IMG/VR virus record: IMGVR_UViG_3300043395_000420 | Location: 1-64,000 of that record | DNA: 64,000 nt | From: a virus | Reading direction: 5' to 3' (one strand) | Shown here: piece after piece, positions 1-9,596 of the stretch | How the letters are laid out: each line of letters begins with the position of its first letter | How positions within the stretch are numbered: the first letter of the stretch is position 1 | Position numbers and translations under genes: made by a program | Notes under the pieces: model-generated | Told to the model about the DNA's origin: nothing | Seen by the model: only the letters and a program-made list of their open reading frames with translations | Databases searched by the model: none

Positions 1-14
1 AAAGGAGAAGAAAA

Positions 15-317
15 ATGAAAAATTATTATGTAATAGAAACACTTGGTCAGAGTGTTGAGTATATCATTACGGAAGCAGATACTGATGATGGTGTTATGTA
101 TCAATTACACCGTAGTCTTAATGAGACGTGGTCTGAGGATTGTCAAGGTGAGGTTGTTGTAACCATGATTGATGATGGTAATGGATATAAGTTTAAGTGG
201 AAACAAAAGGAAAAGAAACGTCTTGGTTATGATGAGATAGAGCATTTATATATTCTTATCAACCATGTACGTAGAGCTGATGATCCAACTAATTATAATA
301 TTTGTCAGTATGGGTAA
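15..317 (+). CDS. hypothetical protein
   Basis: 100-aa ORF, A-rich leader, in series with downstream genes. Confidence 0.7.
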   Translation: MKNYYVIETLGQSVEYIITEADTDDGVMYQLHRSLNETWSEDCQGEVVVTMIDDGNGYKFKWKQKEKKRLGYDEIEHLYILINHVRRADDPTNYNICQYG

Positions 318-588
318 GATACTAGACTCAGTATGGTTTGACAAGATAGGTATTGTCAAGGTAGATACCGGCTATGAAACTAAATGGTACATAGGTATAG
401 GTAAAGGTAACAACAAAGAGATTGATGAGAAAATCATCATGCATGGAGGCATGCAGGTACATCCTAAAGCTCTACAGTTATTCTTTAAGTCTATTAAAGA
501 ACAACAGAAAGAAGATGAACTTGAAGAGATTAAGATGCAGCATCTCAAAGAACTAGAAGAACAAATTAAAAAGAACCAAGAAAAATGA
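310..588 (+). CDS. hypothetical protein
   Basis: ORF 265..588; ATG at 310 (MGKILD) preferred because it minimises overlap with the previous gene. Confidence 0.65.
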   Translation: MGKILDSVWFDKIGIVKVDTGYETKWYIGIGKGNNKEIDEKIIMHGGMQVHPKALQLFFKSIKEQQKEDELEEIKMQHLKELEEQIKKNQEK

Positions 589-833
589 TATTAGCATTTG
601 TTTTAGTTATCTTAGCACTCAGTATAATAATACTGTGGCTATGTGCAAAAGTTGTAATGAAATCTGCAGAAATTGATATGGTTAGAGAGCATATCTGCTA
701 TGACAAGAAAGATCTACAGAATGCCTGGAATGGTGGTTTTGTAGAAGGTGTTCATAGTGAAGCAGGTCATAATGTAAAAACCTTTCATGAGTGGTATCAA
801 ATGCATAAATTCACAAAAAAGTATGGAAAGTAA
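585..833 (+). CDS. small membrane-anchored hypothetical protein
   Basis: N-terminal hydrophobic helix; ATGA overlap with previous stop. Confidence 0.7.
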   Translation: MILAFVLVILALSIIILWLCAKVVMKSAEIDMVREHICYDKKDLQNAWNGGFVEGVHSEAGHNVKTFHEWYQMHKFTKKYGK

Positions 834-1029
834 TAACGGTTTGTCTCTTAGTGCTGTAGTATTTATAGTACTATTAACTTTAAAATTATCAGATGTAATT
901 GATTGGTCATGGTGGTGGATAACTTTACCTCTATGGTGGTGGTTACCTATGATATTTCTTGTGATTATATTTGCATTAATAATAGTACTATTTGAACAAA
1001 TTGGAAACAAAGTAAGAGATCAAGATTAA
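823..1029 (+). CDS. small phage membrane protein (LKL..VIDWSWWW..P.W family)
   Basis: Two hydrophobic helices around the LKLSDVIDWSWWWITLPLW motif common in small phage membrane proteins; start at ATG 823. Confidence 0.7.
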   Translation: MESNNGLSLSAVVFIVLLTLKLSDVIDWSWWWITLPLWWWLPMIFLVIIFALIIVLFEQIGNKVRDQD

Positions 1030-1030
1030 C

Positions 1031-1354
1031 ATGACGGAAGAAGAAAAACTAAGAGTAGTACATCTTATGATGCATCTAGAAGTGTGCATACATGCATGCG
1101 ATAATACTGAAAGTATTAAATGGTTTAATAGACACAAGACTAAAGTAACTATGAAGAACTTTGTAGATACTGTTCTTAAGGAACATGGTCACTTGTTTAA
1201 AGCATTCTGGGATACTCCTGGTTTAGATATGACTGATTTTGTCAGAACAATTAGTGAGTTTGGTGATGAGGTAAGTACTGTTCCTTTAATGGATTTACCT
1301 GAGATTACCGCGATGATTAAAGAATATAAACAAAACAAATACAGTAAAAAATGA
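1031..1354 (+). CDS. hypothetical protein
   Basis: 107-aa ORF packed between neighbours. Confidence 0.7.
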   Translation: MTEEEKLRVVHLMMHLEVCIHACDNTESIKWFNRHKTKVTMKNFVDTVLKEHGHLFKAFWDTPGLDMTDFVRTISEFGDEVSTVPLMDLPEITAMIKEYKQNKYSKK

Positions 1355-1629
1355 TTACACCAATTTTAGTAGTCGCAACTATTTGCGCAACAGGTGCTGC
1401 AGTAATCTTTGCAGCCAAGGTAAAAACTCATAGTAAAGAAATCAATGATTTAGAAACTACCTATGATAAACTAGTAAATAAATATGCTGACAGTTTAGTA
1501 GAAAACCACGGTTTAAAAGCAGAGTTAGCAAAACTCAAGAGAAAACCACGTAAAGACAAAGGTCAACCAAGAAAAACATATGGCGGCAAACCTATTACCC
1601 GTAAGCGTAAAGTTCAAAAAGGAGAATAA
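1351..1629 (+). CDS. membrane-anchored coiled-coil protein with basic tail
   Basis: N-terminal TM helix, coiled coil, RKPRKDKGQPRK basic tail. Confidence 0.7.
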   Translation: MITPILVVATICATGAAVIFAAKVKTHSKEINDLETTYDKLVNKYADSLVENHGLKAELAKLKRKPRKDKGQPRKTYGGKPITRKRKVQKGE

Positions 1630-1960
1630 AGAACTAATAGTTTCTGATAAAATTAGTCAAGTTAAGTTGGACATGTTTGTTAAACAACTTGAAGAAGGTC
1701 AGAAGGTAGTAGTTACTTATGAAGTTGTAAATGATGATGCATCTTATGCTCAGTTAAGTAAACTGCATAAATGCATCAGGGAGTTAGCAGAATACTCCGG
1801 GATGTCTATGGATGACATGAAGTTGTATGTAAAGAACGAAGCTGGTCTTGTTAAAGGTGACAGTGTCGTATCTTTTGCAGATTGTAGTAAAGAAGAATTA
1901 AGTAGTGCTATACAAGCATGTATAAACATTGGTGATAAGATAGGATTCCCTCTTTATTGA
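1580..1960 (+). CDS. NinB/YbcN-like recombination-associated protein
   Basis: Q..KLH..IRELA..SG...DDMK...K...SFADCSKEEL pattern resembles NinB-like proteins. Confidence 0.5.
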   Translation: MAANLLPVSVKFKKENKELIVSDKISQVKLDMFVKQLEEGQKVVVTYEVVNDDASYAQLSKLHKCIRELAEYSGMSMDDMKLYVKNEAGLVKGDSVVSFADCSKEELSSAIQACINIGDKIGFPLY

Positions 1961-2274
1961 GGGGTCTTATCATCACCTAGTTTATCTAGATCAAGGGTTA
2001 CTTTTTCTACATGGCCTTGTTCTTTTGCAGCCTCTTCAAGAAGCAGCATTAAAGATAAGAATGTACGGAAATGATACGTATGTTGATCCTTATCATCTTT
2101 ACCTTGTTGTATATTTGTAAGGATTTCTTTTAGATGATCTTTGTCTCTTAAAGGAAAGAATTCAAATAGAAACTGATTAATTCTGTAATAGAAGTCAACA
2201 GGGATGTTAGCATTAATTACTACTCCCTTTTTCATGATTTCAACTTCCTTTGTGTTTGGTTTTACATCCGACAT
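1954..2274 (-). CDS. hypothetical protein (lone inverted gene)
   Basis: 106-aa ORF that fills the only gap in the + strand module. Confidence 0.7.
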   Translation of the reverse strand: MSDVKPNTKEVEIMKKGVVINANIPVDFYYRINQFLFEFFPLRDKDHLKEILTNIQQGKDDKDQHTYHFRTFLSLMLLLEEAAKEQGHVEKVTLDLDKLGDDKTPQ

Positions 2275-2297
2275 GTTATTAAAATTTATACAAACTT

Positions 2298-3014
2298 ATG
2301 TTAGAAACAGTAAACTTACAAGAAGTAAAAGATAAACTTTACGAAAAGATGAAAGTCTGTGGGTGGGGTCAGTATCTTAGAACATTTATGACCAGTTCTG
2401 ATATGGAAATCATATTAGAAAGGTTATTATTTGATGCAAGGGATAATAAAAGATTTACTCCTACAATGAAAGACTTACTACGGGCTTTTGAAGAATGTCC
2501 TTTTGATAAAGTTAATGTAGTATTTATAGGACAAGATCCTTATCCTCAGATGGATGTGGCAGATGGTCTTGCTTTTAGTTGTAGTAAACGAAACAGAGTA
2601 GAGTTATCTTTACATCATATTAATAATTCTATTAAAGATACTTATGATCCTAACTATAATGTAGATAGAACAGATCTTCTACCCTGGGCACAGCAAGGTG
2701 TATTATTATTAAACAGTGCATTTACAACAACTATAGGTAAGCCGGGTACGCATCAGTTATTATGGAAACCTTTTTTGGTAACAGTATTAGATGCATTAGT
2801 ATGGAACAGACCTAATCTTATTTATGTATTCATAGGAAAGCAAGCACAGCAATATGCTGATATTATTCCTGATAATAATTACAAGATTATGGTATCTCAT
2901 CCTGCTAGTGTAGCATATACTAGTACTGCTAAATGGAACTGTGAAAACTTATGGGGTAGAGTAAATGATTACCTAGAGAAACAAAATAAACCAAAGATTA
3001 TATGGGGAACATAG
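2298..3014 (+). CDS. ung: uracil-DNA glycosylase, family 1
   Basis: GQDPY, GLAFS, WAQQGVLLLN and SHP motifs. Confidence 0.93.
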   Translation: MLETVNLQEVKDKLYEKMKVCGWGQYLRTFMTSSDMEIILERLLFDARDNKRFTPTMKDLLRAFEECPFDKVNVVFIGQDPYPQMDVADGLAFSCSKRNRVELSLHHINNSIKDTYDPNYNVDRTDLLPWAQQGVLLLNSAFTTTIGKPGTHQLLWKPFLVTVLDALVWNRPNLIYVFIGKQAQQYADIIPDNNYKIMVSHPASVAYTSTAKWNCENLWGRVNDYLEKQNKPKIIWGT

Positions 3015-3262
3015 ATCATAGAAACGTAAGAGTTACTACAAGACTTACTAAGTATGGTGAAGTAGAATTTAAAGTAGTCACATCTAAAGGTAGTTTTGCT
3101 AATAAGTGTATACATGATGCATTATCCGAAGCAGGTATTAAGATGACTGGTATCGGTGGTATACTTGCAGCATATGAAACTAAACTAGATTTAAAAAGAG
3201 ATTTTAAAATATCAAGAAATGAATTCAGAAATACAAATAAAGGTGCAGGAGGCATTAGATAA
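3002..3262 (+). CDS. hypothetical protein
   Basis: 86-aa ORF overlapping both neighbours. Confidence 0.55.
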   Translation: MGNIDHRNVRVTTRLTKYGEVEFKVVTSKGSFANKCIHDALSEAGIKMTGIGGILAAYETKLDLKRDFKISRNEFRNTNKGAGGIR

Positions 3263-3710
3263 TGCAGTACTGGTATTAAATCAACAGTTGAATGGTGCAC
3301 TAAGAACATTTAGTAAGAATATAAGTATTGCCATTGAACAAAATGAAATAAGAAAGAAGATAACATACCATGATGTATTTATTGACTTTAAACTTTCACT
3401 TGATGATCTTGTTGAGGTTGCCCTTGAGATTAATCCTAAAGCAATTAATCTTCATAGAAACAATAAAGACAAAGGTAAAGCTAGTGTTAGACAGGTGCTT
3501 GCATACATTGCAGGTTCTATGGGTCATACAGATTCTGCTATTGCTGCTCATATTGGTTCTTGTCGTAGTACAGTTACTCTTGCACGCAAACGTGTAGAAG
3601 AAGCATTGTTATACAATGAGGTTCCAATGCGTAAATTGTATAATACTTTTCTTGAGAAATTAAGAAAACATCCCAACTCAGAAATACTAGATTACGTTAT
3701 TAATACTTAA
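3219..3710 (+). CDS. HTH protein resembling DnaA C-terminal (domain IV)
   Basis: RQVLAYIA..MGHTDSAIAAHIG..RSTV..A resembles the DnaA_C HTH (RQ.A.Y....IG..F.RDHSTV..A). Confidence 0.55.
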   Translation: MNSEIQIKVQEALDNAVLVLNQQLNGALRTFSKNISIAIEQNEIRKKITYHDVFIDFKLSLDDLVEVALEINPKAINLHRNNKDKGKASVRQVLAYIAGSMGHTDSAIAAHIGSCRSTVTLARKRVEEALLYNEVPMRKLYNTFLEKLRKHPNSEILDYVINT

Positions 3711-3724
3711 ATTAGCAGAAACGT

Positions 3725-4291
3725 ATGGACATGTTACAACTTTTTCAATACTTAGAAGATAACGGGTTAACACCTAATCAGTATTACTTACTATGGTCTA
3801 TTAAACATAAACGTGCTCCTAAACATATTAATAATATGCTAGAGAAACGTCAGCTTATTACAGCAGAACTAATAGACACATCGTTTGTTATTACTGATAA
3901 AGGTAATGATTTACTTAACTTAATTGAGGTACAGGTTATACCGGGTAAGGTTGTTGTTAAATCATTTGATGTTGATCAGTATCTAAACATTTTTCCTAAG
4001 ATTAAATTACCGTCAGGTAAACCGGCACGTATTAATAAAAAAGTTATAACAGAAGCATTCAACTGGTTCTTTAAACACTATGACTATGACTGGTCTGTAG
4101 TTTTACAGGCAACAAATGTATATGTTGATGAGTTTGAGGCTAATAACTATTTGTATATGCGTAACTCTCAGTACTTTATTCGTAAACAAAACTCAGATAA
4201 AACATGGGATTCTGAGTTAGCAAACTATTGTGACATGGTTATCAATGGTTTAGATAACACAACCCATCATTTTTCAGAAACAGTAGTATAA
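3725..4291 (+). CDS. putative replication initiator / helicase-loader-like protein
   Basis: N-terminal winged-HTH-like part, YLNIFP.K..SG motif, located just upstream of DnaB as in crAss-like phages. Confidence 0.45.
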   Translation: MDMLQLFQYLEDNGLTPNQYYLLWSIKHKRAPKHINNMLEKRQLITAELIDTSFVITDKGNDLLNLIEVQVIPGKVVVKSFDVDQYLNIFPKIKLPSGKPARINKKVITEAFNWFFKHYDYDWSVVLQATNVYVDEFEANNYLYMRNSQYFIRKQNSDKTWDSELANYCDMVINGLDNTTHHFSETVV

Positions 4292-4479
4292 TGACATTTA
4301 TAAAACGATTATTACTGTCTTGTGTCTTATCAATATTTTGTTGGTTAGTTATTAATAATTTGATTGTGGAGGTATCCTTTTTACGGTATTTATTTATAGA
4401 AATTCTCTTGCTTTTAAGCTCTAGTTTTTATAAATTTGCAGTACTTAGAACCAACTATCTCCCCAACATTAATGACTAA
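4291..4479 (+). CDS. small membrane protein
   Basis: 62 aa, two hydrophobic segments, TAATG coupling. Confidence 0.55.
   Translation: MTFIKRLLLSCVLSIFCWLVINNLIVEVSFLRYLFIEILLLLSSSFYKFAVLRTNYLPNIND
4407..4438 (+). promoter_or_regulatory. Bacteroidota sigma70-type promoter upstream of dnaB
   Basis: cTTG-N20-TAAATTTG matches the -33 TTTG / -7 TAnnTTTG consensus (one mismatch at -33). Confidence 0.5.
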
Positions 4480-5461
4480 ACAACATCTTTGGAAAGATCA
4501 AAGACAAGGGTTTAATGACTCCTTAAAGTACCTACAAGGTAGAATGCGTGGAGAAATAAGAAGCATTAAAACTCCTTGGCCTAAGTTTAACGATGCTACA
4601 ACTGATGGTCTGGAATGGCACTCCATGACTGTCATAGGCGGCCGACCTGGTAGTGGGAAGACTCTAATTAAAGACCAAATAGTTAGAGAGGCATTTAATC
4701 TAAACCCTGATGATAAATTTAGGGTATTAGAATTCCAGTTTGAGATGTTAGCAAGAACATCTGCTATACGTGAATACTCTAGTGTACTTGGCAAATCCTA
4801 TAAGTATTTATGTAGTGCAGATGGAAAACTAACACAGGAAGATTTCAACACATGTATTGCACATGCACGGGAACGTGTTAAGTACGCAATAGATATTGTT
4901 GAAGAACCCCTCACTGTAGGGGAATTTAAAGAGGTAATCATAGATTATATGAATACCCATGCAGTTAAGAACGAAGATGGGTCTGTAGTATTTACTAATA
5001 CTATTGTAACCCTAGACCACTCTCTTCTGTTAAAGAAGTCTACGTTCGAGAAAGACAAGTTTGATACCCTGTATAATTTGGGTGAGGCTATTACGGAACT
5101 TAAACGTAAGTACCCAATAGCATTTATTATACTTACTCAGTTAAATAGAGGTATTGATAATCCTGAAAGAAATGAGGATGGCAAGTATGGAAACTATGTT
5201 CTTGAATCAGATATATTTGGTTCGGATGCATTACTTCAGCATGCTGATACTCTTATTGGTATTAACCGACCAGCAAAACAAAAGATTAGATTTTACGGTC
5301 CTGACAGATACATTATTGAGGACGATAAAGTGCTGGTGTTGCATTTCTTAAAATGCCGTAATGGTGATAACCGTATGAGTTTCTTTAAAGCACAGTTTGA
5401 AAGAATGCGCATAGCAGAAATGTCTACCCCTCCTCAGCAAGAAAAAAGAATAAAAATTTAA
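4472..5461 (+). CDS. dnaB: DnaB-like replicative helicase
   Basis: Walker A GRPGSGKT, FEM, LDH, LTQLNR, SDIFGSDALLQHAD and KCR motifs; ATG 4472 preferred over TTG 4436. Confidence 0.9.
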   Translation: MTKQHLWKDQRQGFNDSLKYLQGRMRGEIRSIKTPWPKFNDATTDGLEWHSMTVIGGRPGSGKTLIKDQIVREAFNLNPDDKFRVLEFQFEMLARTSAIREYSSVLGKSYKYLCSADGKLTQEDFNTCIAHARERVKYAIDIVEEPLTVGEFKEVIIDYMNTHAVKNEDGSVVFTNTIVTLDHSLLLKKSTFEKDKFDTLYNLGEAITELKRKYPIAFIILTQLNRGIDNPERNEDGKYGNYVLESDIFGSDALLQHADTLIGINRPAKQKIRFYGPDRYIIEDDKVLVLHFLKCRNGDNRMSFFKAQFERMRIAEMSTPPQQEKRIKI

Positions 5462-5465
5462 AAGT

Positions 5466-5981
5466 ATGAGCCTGAAAAAAGATTATGCAATCGGAGAAGA
5501 AAAGAAAATGAAAGTTGCGGCACTAAGAGAAAAACATCAACCTATATTTGATGCATTAGGTATTCCTGATGCTATCTTCCATCCTAAGTTGGCATACAGA
5601 CCATCTGACAAGGAAGAACAATACATGGCATTTTTCCCTAGTGAGTTTAGAAGAAACGAAGATATTTACACAGAACATGTTAGTGCTAAATGTGACTCAG
5701 AAGATCCTACAAGAACTCTATGGAAGTGGAGATTTAACCCACATTGGGAGGAAGAATATGAGTACATTGATATTGCACCTGCTAGATATCTAGTACCTAT
5801 TAGCGAACTTGTTAAGGTTAATAGTCCTACAAAAACAGAGACTCCTACACAGTTAAGCTTTGATGATATGATGGATGATAATGATGCTCCGGTATCTGAG
5901 TTAACCATCCGTGACTTAGTAGCAATTTTACACAAGACTCCCGTAAGCAATAAACACTGGTTAAATAATTTATTAAAATAA
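5466..5981 (+). CDS. hypothetical protein (replication module)
   Basis: 171-aa ORF; C-terminal LTIRD..AI...PVS.K.WLN motif. Confidence 0.75.
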   Translation: MSLKKDYAIGEEKKMKVAALREKHQPIFDALGIPDAIFHPKLAYRPSDKEEQYMAFFPSEFRRNEDIYTEHVSAKCDSEDPTRTLWKWRFNPHWEEEYEYIDIAPARYLVPISELVKVNSPTKTETPTQLSFDDMMDDNDAPVSELTIRDLVAILHKTPVSNKHWLNNLLK

Positions 5982-5982
5982 A

Positions 5983-6726
5983 ATGGAGATTAAACTTCCT
6001 ACTAAAAAAGTTCCTGCTGAAAGTAGCAGTCCTAAGAACTTGATAATCTTTGCTAAACCTAAAACTGGTAAGACTAGTCTGTTAGCACAACTTGATAACT
6101 GTTTGATACTAGACCTGGAGAAAGGTTCTAAATATCTAGATGCAATGAAAGTTGAGGCTAATAGTATAGATGAAATTAAACAGATAGGTAAAGCAATTAA
6201 AGAGTCTGAACATAAGTATGACTATATAGCCGTAGATACTATTACCGCATTAGAAGAAATGTGTGTACCGTATGCAGAAGAGTTATATATGAAGACACCT
6301 ATGGGTAAGAACTGGTTAACAGATGGTAAACCAAAGTATGGTGGATTATTAAATCTACCTAATGGTGCCGGTTATCCATATCTTAGAGAAGCCTTTACAA
6401 AGGTTGTTACCTTTATTCAATCATGGGCCCCTAGAACTATACTAGTAGGACACGTTAAAGATACTGTTCTTGATAAGAATGGTTCTGAATTTAGTTCTTT
6501 AGATTTAGATTTGACAGGTAAATTAAAACGTATTACTGCGTCAAATTCAGATTCTATTGGCTATCTTTACCGCAAAGGTAAGAAGAATATTATTAGTTTT
6601 AAAACATCAGATGAGGTGGCATGTGGTGCAAGACCTGCCCATCTTAGTAATAAGGAAATTGTACTCTCTGAGATGGATGAAAATGGTAATATAGTTACAC
6701 ACTGGAAAGAAATATATATAGATTAA
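5983..6726 (+). CDS. AAA_24 / Sak4-like ATPase (ssDNA annealing)
   Basis: AKPKTGKT Walker A, LILDLEKG, IAVDTIT Walker B, LVGH. Confidence 0.85.
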   Translation: MEIKLPTKKVPAESSSPKNLIIFAKPKTGKTSLLAQLDNCLILDLEKGSKYLDAMKVEANSIDEIKQIGKAIKESEHKYDYIAVDTITALEEMCVPYAEELYMKTPMGKNWLTDGKPKYGGLLNLPNGAGYPYLREAFTKVVTFIQSWAPRTILVGHVKDTVLDKNGSEFSSLDLDLTGKLKRITASNSDSIGYLYRKGKKNIISFKTSDEVACGARPAHLSNKEIVLSEMDENGNIVTHWKEIYID

Positions 6727-6738
6727 AATTAAAAACAA

Positions 6739-7425
6739 ATGATTAGTAGTAAAGATTTAGGTTCTAGTGAAGGACCATCAGTATCCAAGACAATCAGTCC
6801 TGGTCAACACGTATGCAAGATTAACAAGATTACTCTTGAGAGACCTCCCTTTAATGCAGAGGCAATGAATGTAGTATTACACTTGGAAACAGAACCTATG
6901 GGTGATGACTTTGAGGGTTTCTATATTGATAAAGACAATCCTGAAAAGGGTCGTTATGAGGGTCAAGTTGGTCGTGTTAAAACTTCTGAGTATGCATACT
7001 TAGATGGTACAACTAAAACTGGTATCAAGGTTTCTCGTGATTTAGATATTGTCCGCATAGTAAAGAACATTTGTTCTGCTGCAAAATGTCTAAACTGGTT
7101 GGAAACAAATGACAACAAGTATGAAACTATTGAAGAATATGTTGAAGCATTTAATAGTGATAAACCTTTTGCTGATAGATATGTAAGATTCTGTGTTGGT
7201 GGTAAAGAGTATCTTAATAAGGAAGGTTATATTAACTATGATCTCCATTTAGTTCGTACTCAACGTGGTACATTTAACATGGAGGCAGCAGATGTTGATG
7301 AGAATAGCAGCAAGCTTGTTAAGTATGATGTTAATACTCATATCAAGAAAAAGAAAACTGATGTTGAATCCTTTGGTGGAAACGTAACTACTTCATCTTC
7401 AGTAGGTTCTGATTTTGATTTATAG
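6739..7425 (+). CDS. putative single-stranded DNA-binding protein
   Basis: Follows the Sak4-like gene; PG.H...I..I OB-like start; acidic-aromatic tail SDFDL. Confidence 0.6.
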   Translation: MISSKDLGSSEGPSVSKTISPGQHVCKINKITLERPPFNAEAMNVVLHLETEPMGDDFEGFYIDKDNPEKGRYEGQVGRVKTSEYAYLDGTTKTGIKVSRDLDIVRIVKNICSAAKCLNWLETNDNKYETIEEYVEAFNSDKPFADRYVRFCVGGKEYLNKEGYINYDLHLVRTQRGTFNMEAADVDENSSKLVKYDVNTHIKKKKTDVESFGGNVTTSSSVGSDFDL

Positions 7426-7446
7426 GAAAACAAACCATTAACCGAT

Positions 7447-7476
7447 GTAACAGGGGGTGTCATAGCCCCCTTTTAC
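7447..7476 (+). terminator. intrinsic terminator
   Basis: aGGGGGt-gtcata-gCCCCCt stem followed by T-run, in the intergenic gap. Confidence 0.75.
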
Positions 7477-7489
7477 TTTACTAAAACAT

Positions 7490-8482
7490 ATGATAAATTC
7501 TAGTTCTACTATTCTTAATATCAAGGATATTCCTACAGCATGGATATTTGAATACTATGGAAACCTTTCAGAGAAGTTGGTTGGACAAGATGTAAAAATC
7601 AAATCATTGTTTAATCCTAATGAAAGAACTCCTAGTTTCTGCATATATGTTTATAATAACTATTATAGATTTAAAGATTTTTCATCGGGTAAATTCGGTA
7701 CTGCGGAACAATTTGTCCAACAGTTATATGATATATCCTATGGAGAAGCAATAAATAAAATAGTATCTGACTATTCTAAGTTTCTTACTGATGGAAAAAT
7801 TACATCAGATATAGATTCATTTAAGAAACAAGCTAAGTATAAGATTACAAGTTTTACTAAAAGATCCTGGACTATATATGATGCACAATACTGGATGAAA
7901 TATAATATAGGTTCTACAGTATTGGATTATTATAATGTTATACCGGTTAGTAAAATAGTAATGGAAAAGGAAGAGGAGAACGATATAAGTAAACTTGATA
8001 TGACACTGCACATGTCTTACTTATATACAAGAGCTGATGGTACACCTTATCAGTTATACAGTCCTCTATCCACAAGTAAAAAGTTTTTAAAGGTAAAGAA
8101 TTATATACAGGGTACTGATCAATTGAAGTTTGAGAAACCTAATCTTATTATAACCAGTTCTTTAAAAGATATGATGTGTTTATCTACCTTTGGTTTTAAT
8201 GCAGAATTTGTTGCACCTACTAGTGAGACGGCTGTATTACCTAATGGAGTAATCACCATGTACAAAACTAAGTATGATAAGATAGTTACTTTATTTGATA
8301 ATGATGATGCGGGTAAAGCTGCAGCATTAAAGTATGAACTTATATATAATATACCTTCTGTAATACTACCTTTAAGTAAAGATCCATCTGATTCTGTAAA
8401 AGATTATGGTATGGATTATACAAGACAAACTCTTTATCCATTATTAAAAGAAGGAATTAAAAAATATGAGTTGGATTTATAA
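7490..8482 (+). CDS. DNA primase (Toprim; degenerate Cys-less CHC2-like N-terminus)
   Basis: SLFNPNERTPSF..FKDFSSG N-domain; IITSSLKD..LFDNDDAG..KDPSD Toprim motifs. Confidence 0.8.
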   Translation: MINSSSTILNIKDIPTAWIFEYYGNLSEKLVGQDVKIKSLFNPNERTPSFCIYVYNNYYRFKDFSSGKFGTAEQFVQQLYDISYGEAINKIVSDYSKFLTDGKITSDIDSFKKQAKYKITSFTKRSWTIYDAQYWMKYNIGSTVLDYYNVIPVSKIVMEKEEENDISKLDMTLHMSYLYTRADGTPYQLYSPLSTSKKFLKVKNYIQGTDQLKFEKPNLIITSSLKDMMCLSTFGFNAEFVAPTSETAVLPNGVITMYKTKYDKIVTLFDNDDAGKAAALKYELIYNIPSVILPLSKDPSDSVKDYGMDYTRQTLYPLLKEGIKKYELDL

Positions 8483-8891
8483 AGGTGTAGTATTTACACC
8501 AGACATGATACCTGAAGGTGCTGTCGGATTTGTATATGAGATGACTGCTATAATAGATGGCAAGTCTGTGTCTTACATAGGTAAGAAAAACTTTAACCGG
8601 GTTACTAAAAAGAAACTTGGTAAGAATGCGCCTGTAGATAAGCGTAAAAAGAATTATGTACGTGTTGCTAAACTAGCATATGAGAATTACTATAGTAGTA
8701 ATGCTGTATTGAAAGAAGCACACAAGAAGAAACTTCTGATTAATAGAGACATATTACACATATGTTATTCTAAGACAGAACTTACTTATATGGAAACCAA
8801 ATATCAATTTATTAGAGGAGTACTAGAGTCAGACTTATATCTGAATGGTAATATTCTCGGAAGGTTTTACAAACAAAAACAAAGATTATGA
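8466..8891 (+). CDS. GIY-YIG-like endonuclease
   Basis: GFVY..(9-12)..YIGKK, YYSS, LTYME, YLNGNI. Confidence 0.7.
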   Translation: MSWIYKGVVFTPDMIPEGAVGFVYEMTAIIDGKSVSYIGKKNFNRVTKKKLGKNAPVDKRKKNYVRVAKLAYENYYSSNAVLKEAHKKKLLINRDILHICYSKTELTYMETKYQFIRGVLESDLYLNGNILGRFYKQKQRL

Positions 8892-9247
8892 ATTTATTTG
8901 ATGATGATTTAGAAAAAGCAGCATTCTTCTCTGGACTAAAAGATTTAGGTGTTGAGAAACTAGTTGCAGACTATAGCGGGTCAGGTGACTCTGGTGCTAT
9001 AGATCATGTATATGCTGAGAATACTGAAGGGGATCATATAGACCTTGGTGATTTTCGTGACCGTGTAGAAGAGTTTATGTATGAAATCTTAAGTACTAAA
9101 TATGACCATGACTGGTACAATAATGAGGGTGGTAATGGTACTGTTTACTTTAATATTAATACTTTAGAGTATGATATTCATGGTTATGTAATGGAAGCTA
9201 GGGAAGCATTTCAAGATGGAATACTTGATATAGATGACATAAACTAA
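8888..9247 (+). CDS. DUF6878-like acidic protein
   Basis: YSGSGDSG and WYNNEGG.G motifs. Confidence 0.65.
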   Translation: MNLFDDDLEKAAFFSGLKDLGVEKLVADYSGSGDSGAIDHVYAENTEGDHIDLGDFRDRVEEFMYEILSTKYDHDWYNNEGGNGTVYFNINTLEYDIHGYVMEAREAFQDGILDIDDIN

Positions 9248-9248
9248 T

Positions 9249-9596
9249 ATGGCACATCCTTATGATCATGCACGTTCTAGTGCAAAGAAATGGGGAGGAC
9301 ACCCTCAAGAATATATGTTTATACACCAATGGTTTGATGAAACTAAAGCATGGGTTGGTCATTCTGATCACCGTATGTTTAGGCATCATTCAGAAGGTAT
9401 ATTTCAAGCAGAAGAAATCTTTGGTGAGTACTTCACAAACACAGTAGGCAAGAAAGTAATGGTTCGCTATGTAGGTGAACAACATGTAAAAGAGGATTGT
9501 AATAATTACATACCCTCAGCAAAGGAGTGGATACTCGCAATGAAGTCTAATGAACATCCACTATGGATGATTAAAACAATGAAAATAGATGACTAA
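9249..9596 (+). CDS. DUF6915-like His-rich protein
   Basis: HP..HA.SSAKKWGG..Y..IH.W.D..K..HR..RHH..GIF..EQHV.ED motif set. Confidence 0.75.
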   Translation: MAHPYDHARSSAKKWGGHPQEYMFIHQWFDETKAWVGHSDHRMFRHHSEGIFQAEEIFGEYFTNTVGKKVMVRYVGEQHVKEDCNNYIPSAKEWILAMKSNEHPLWMIKTMKIDD

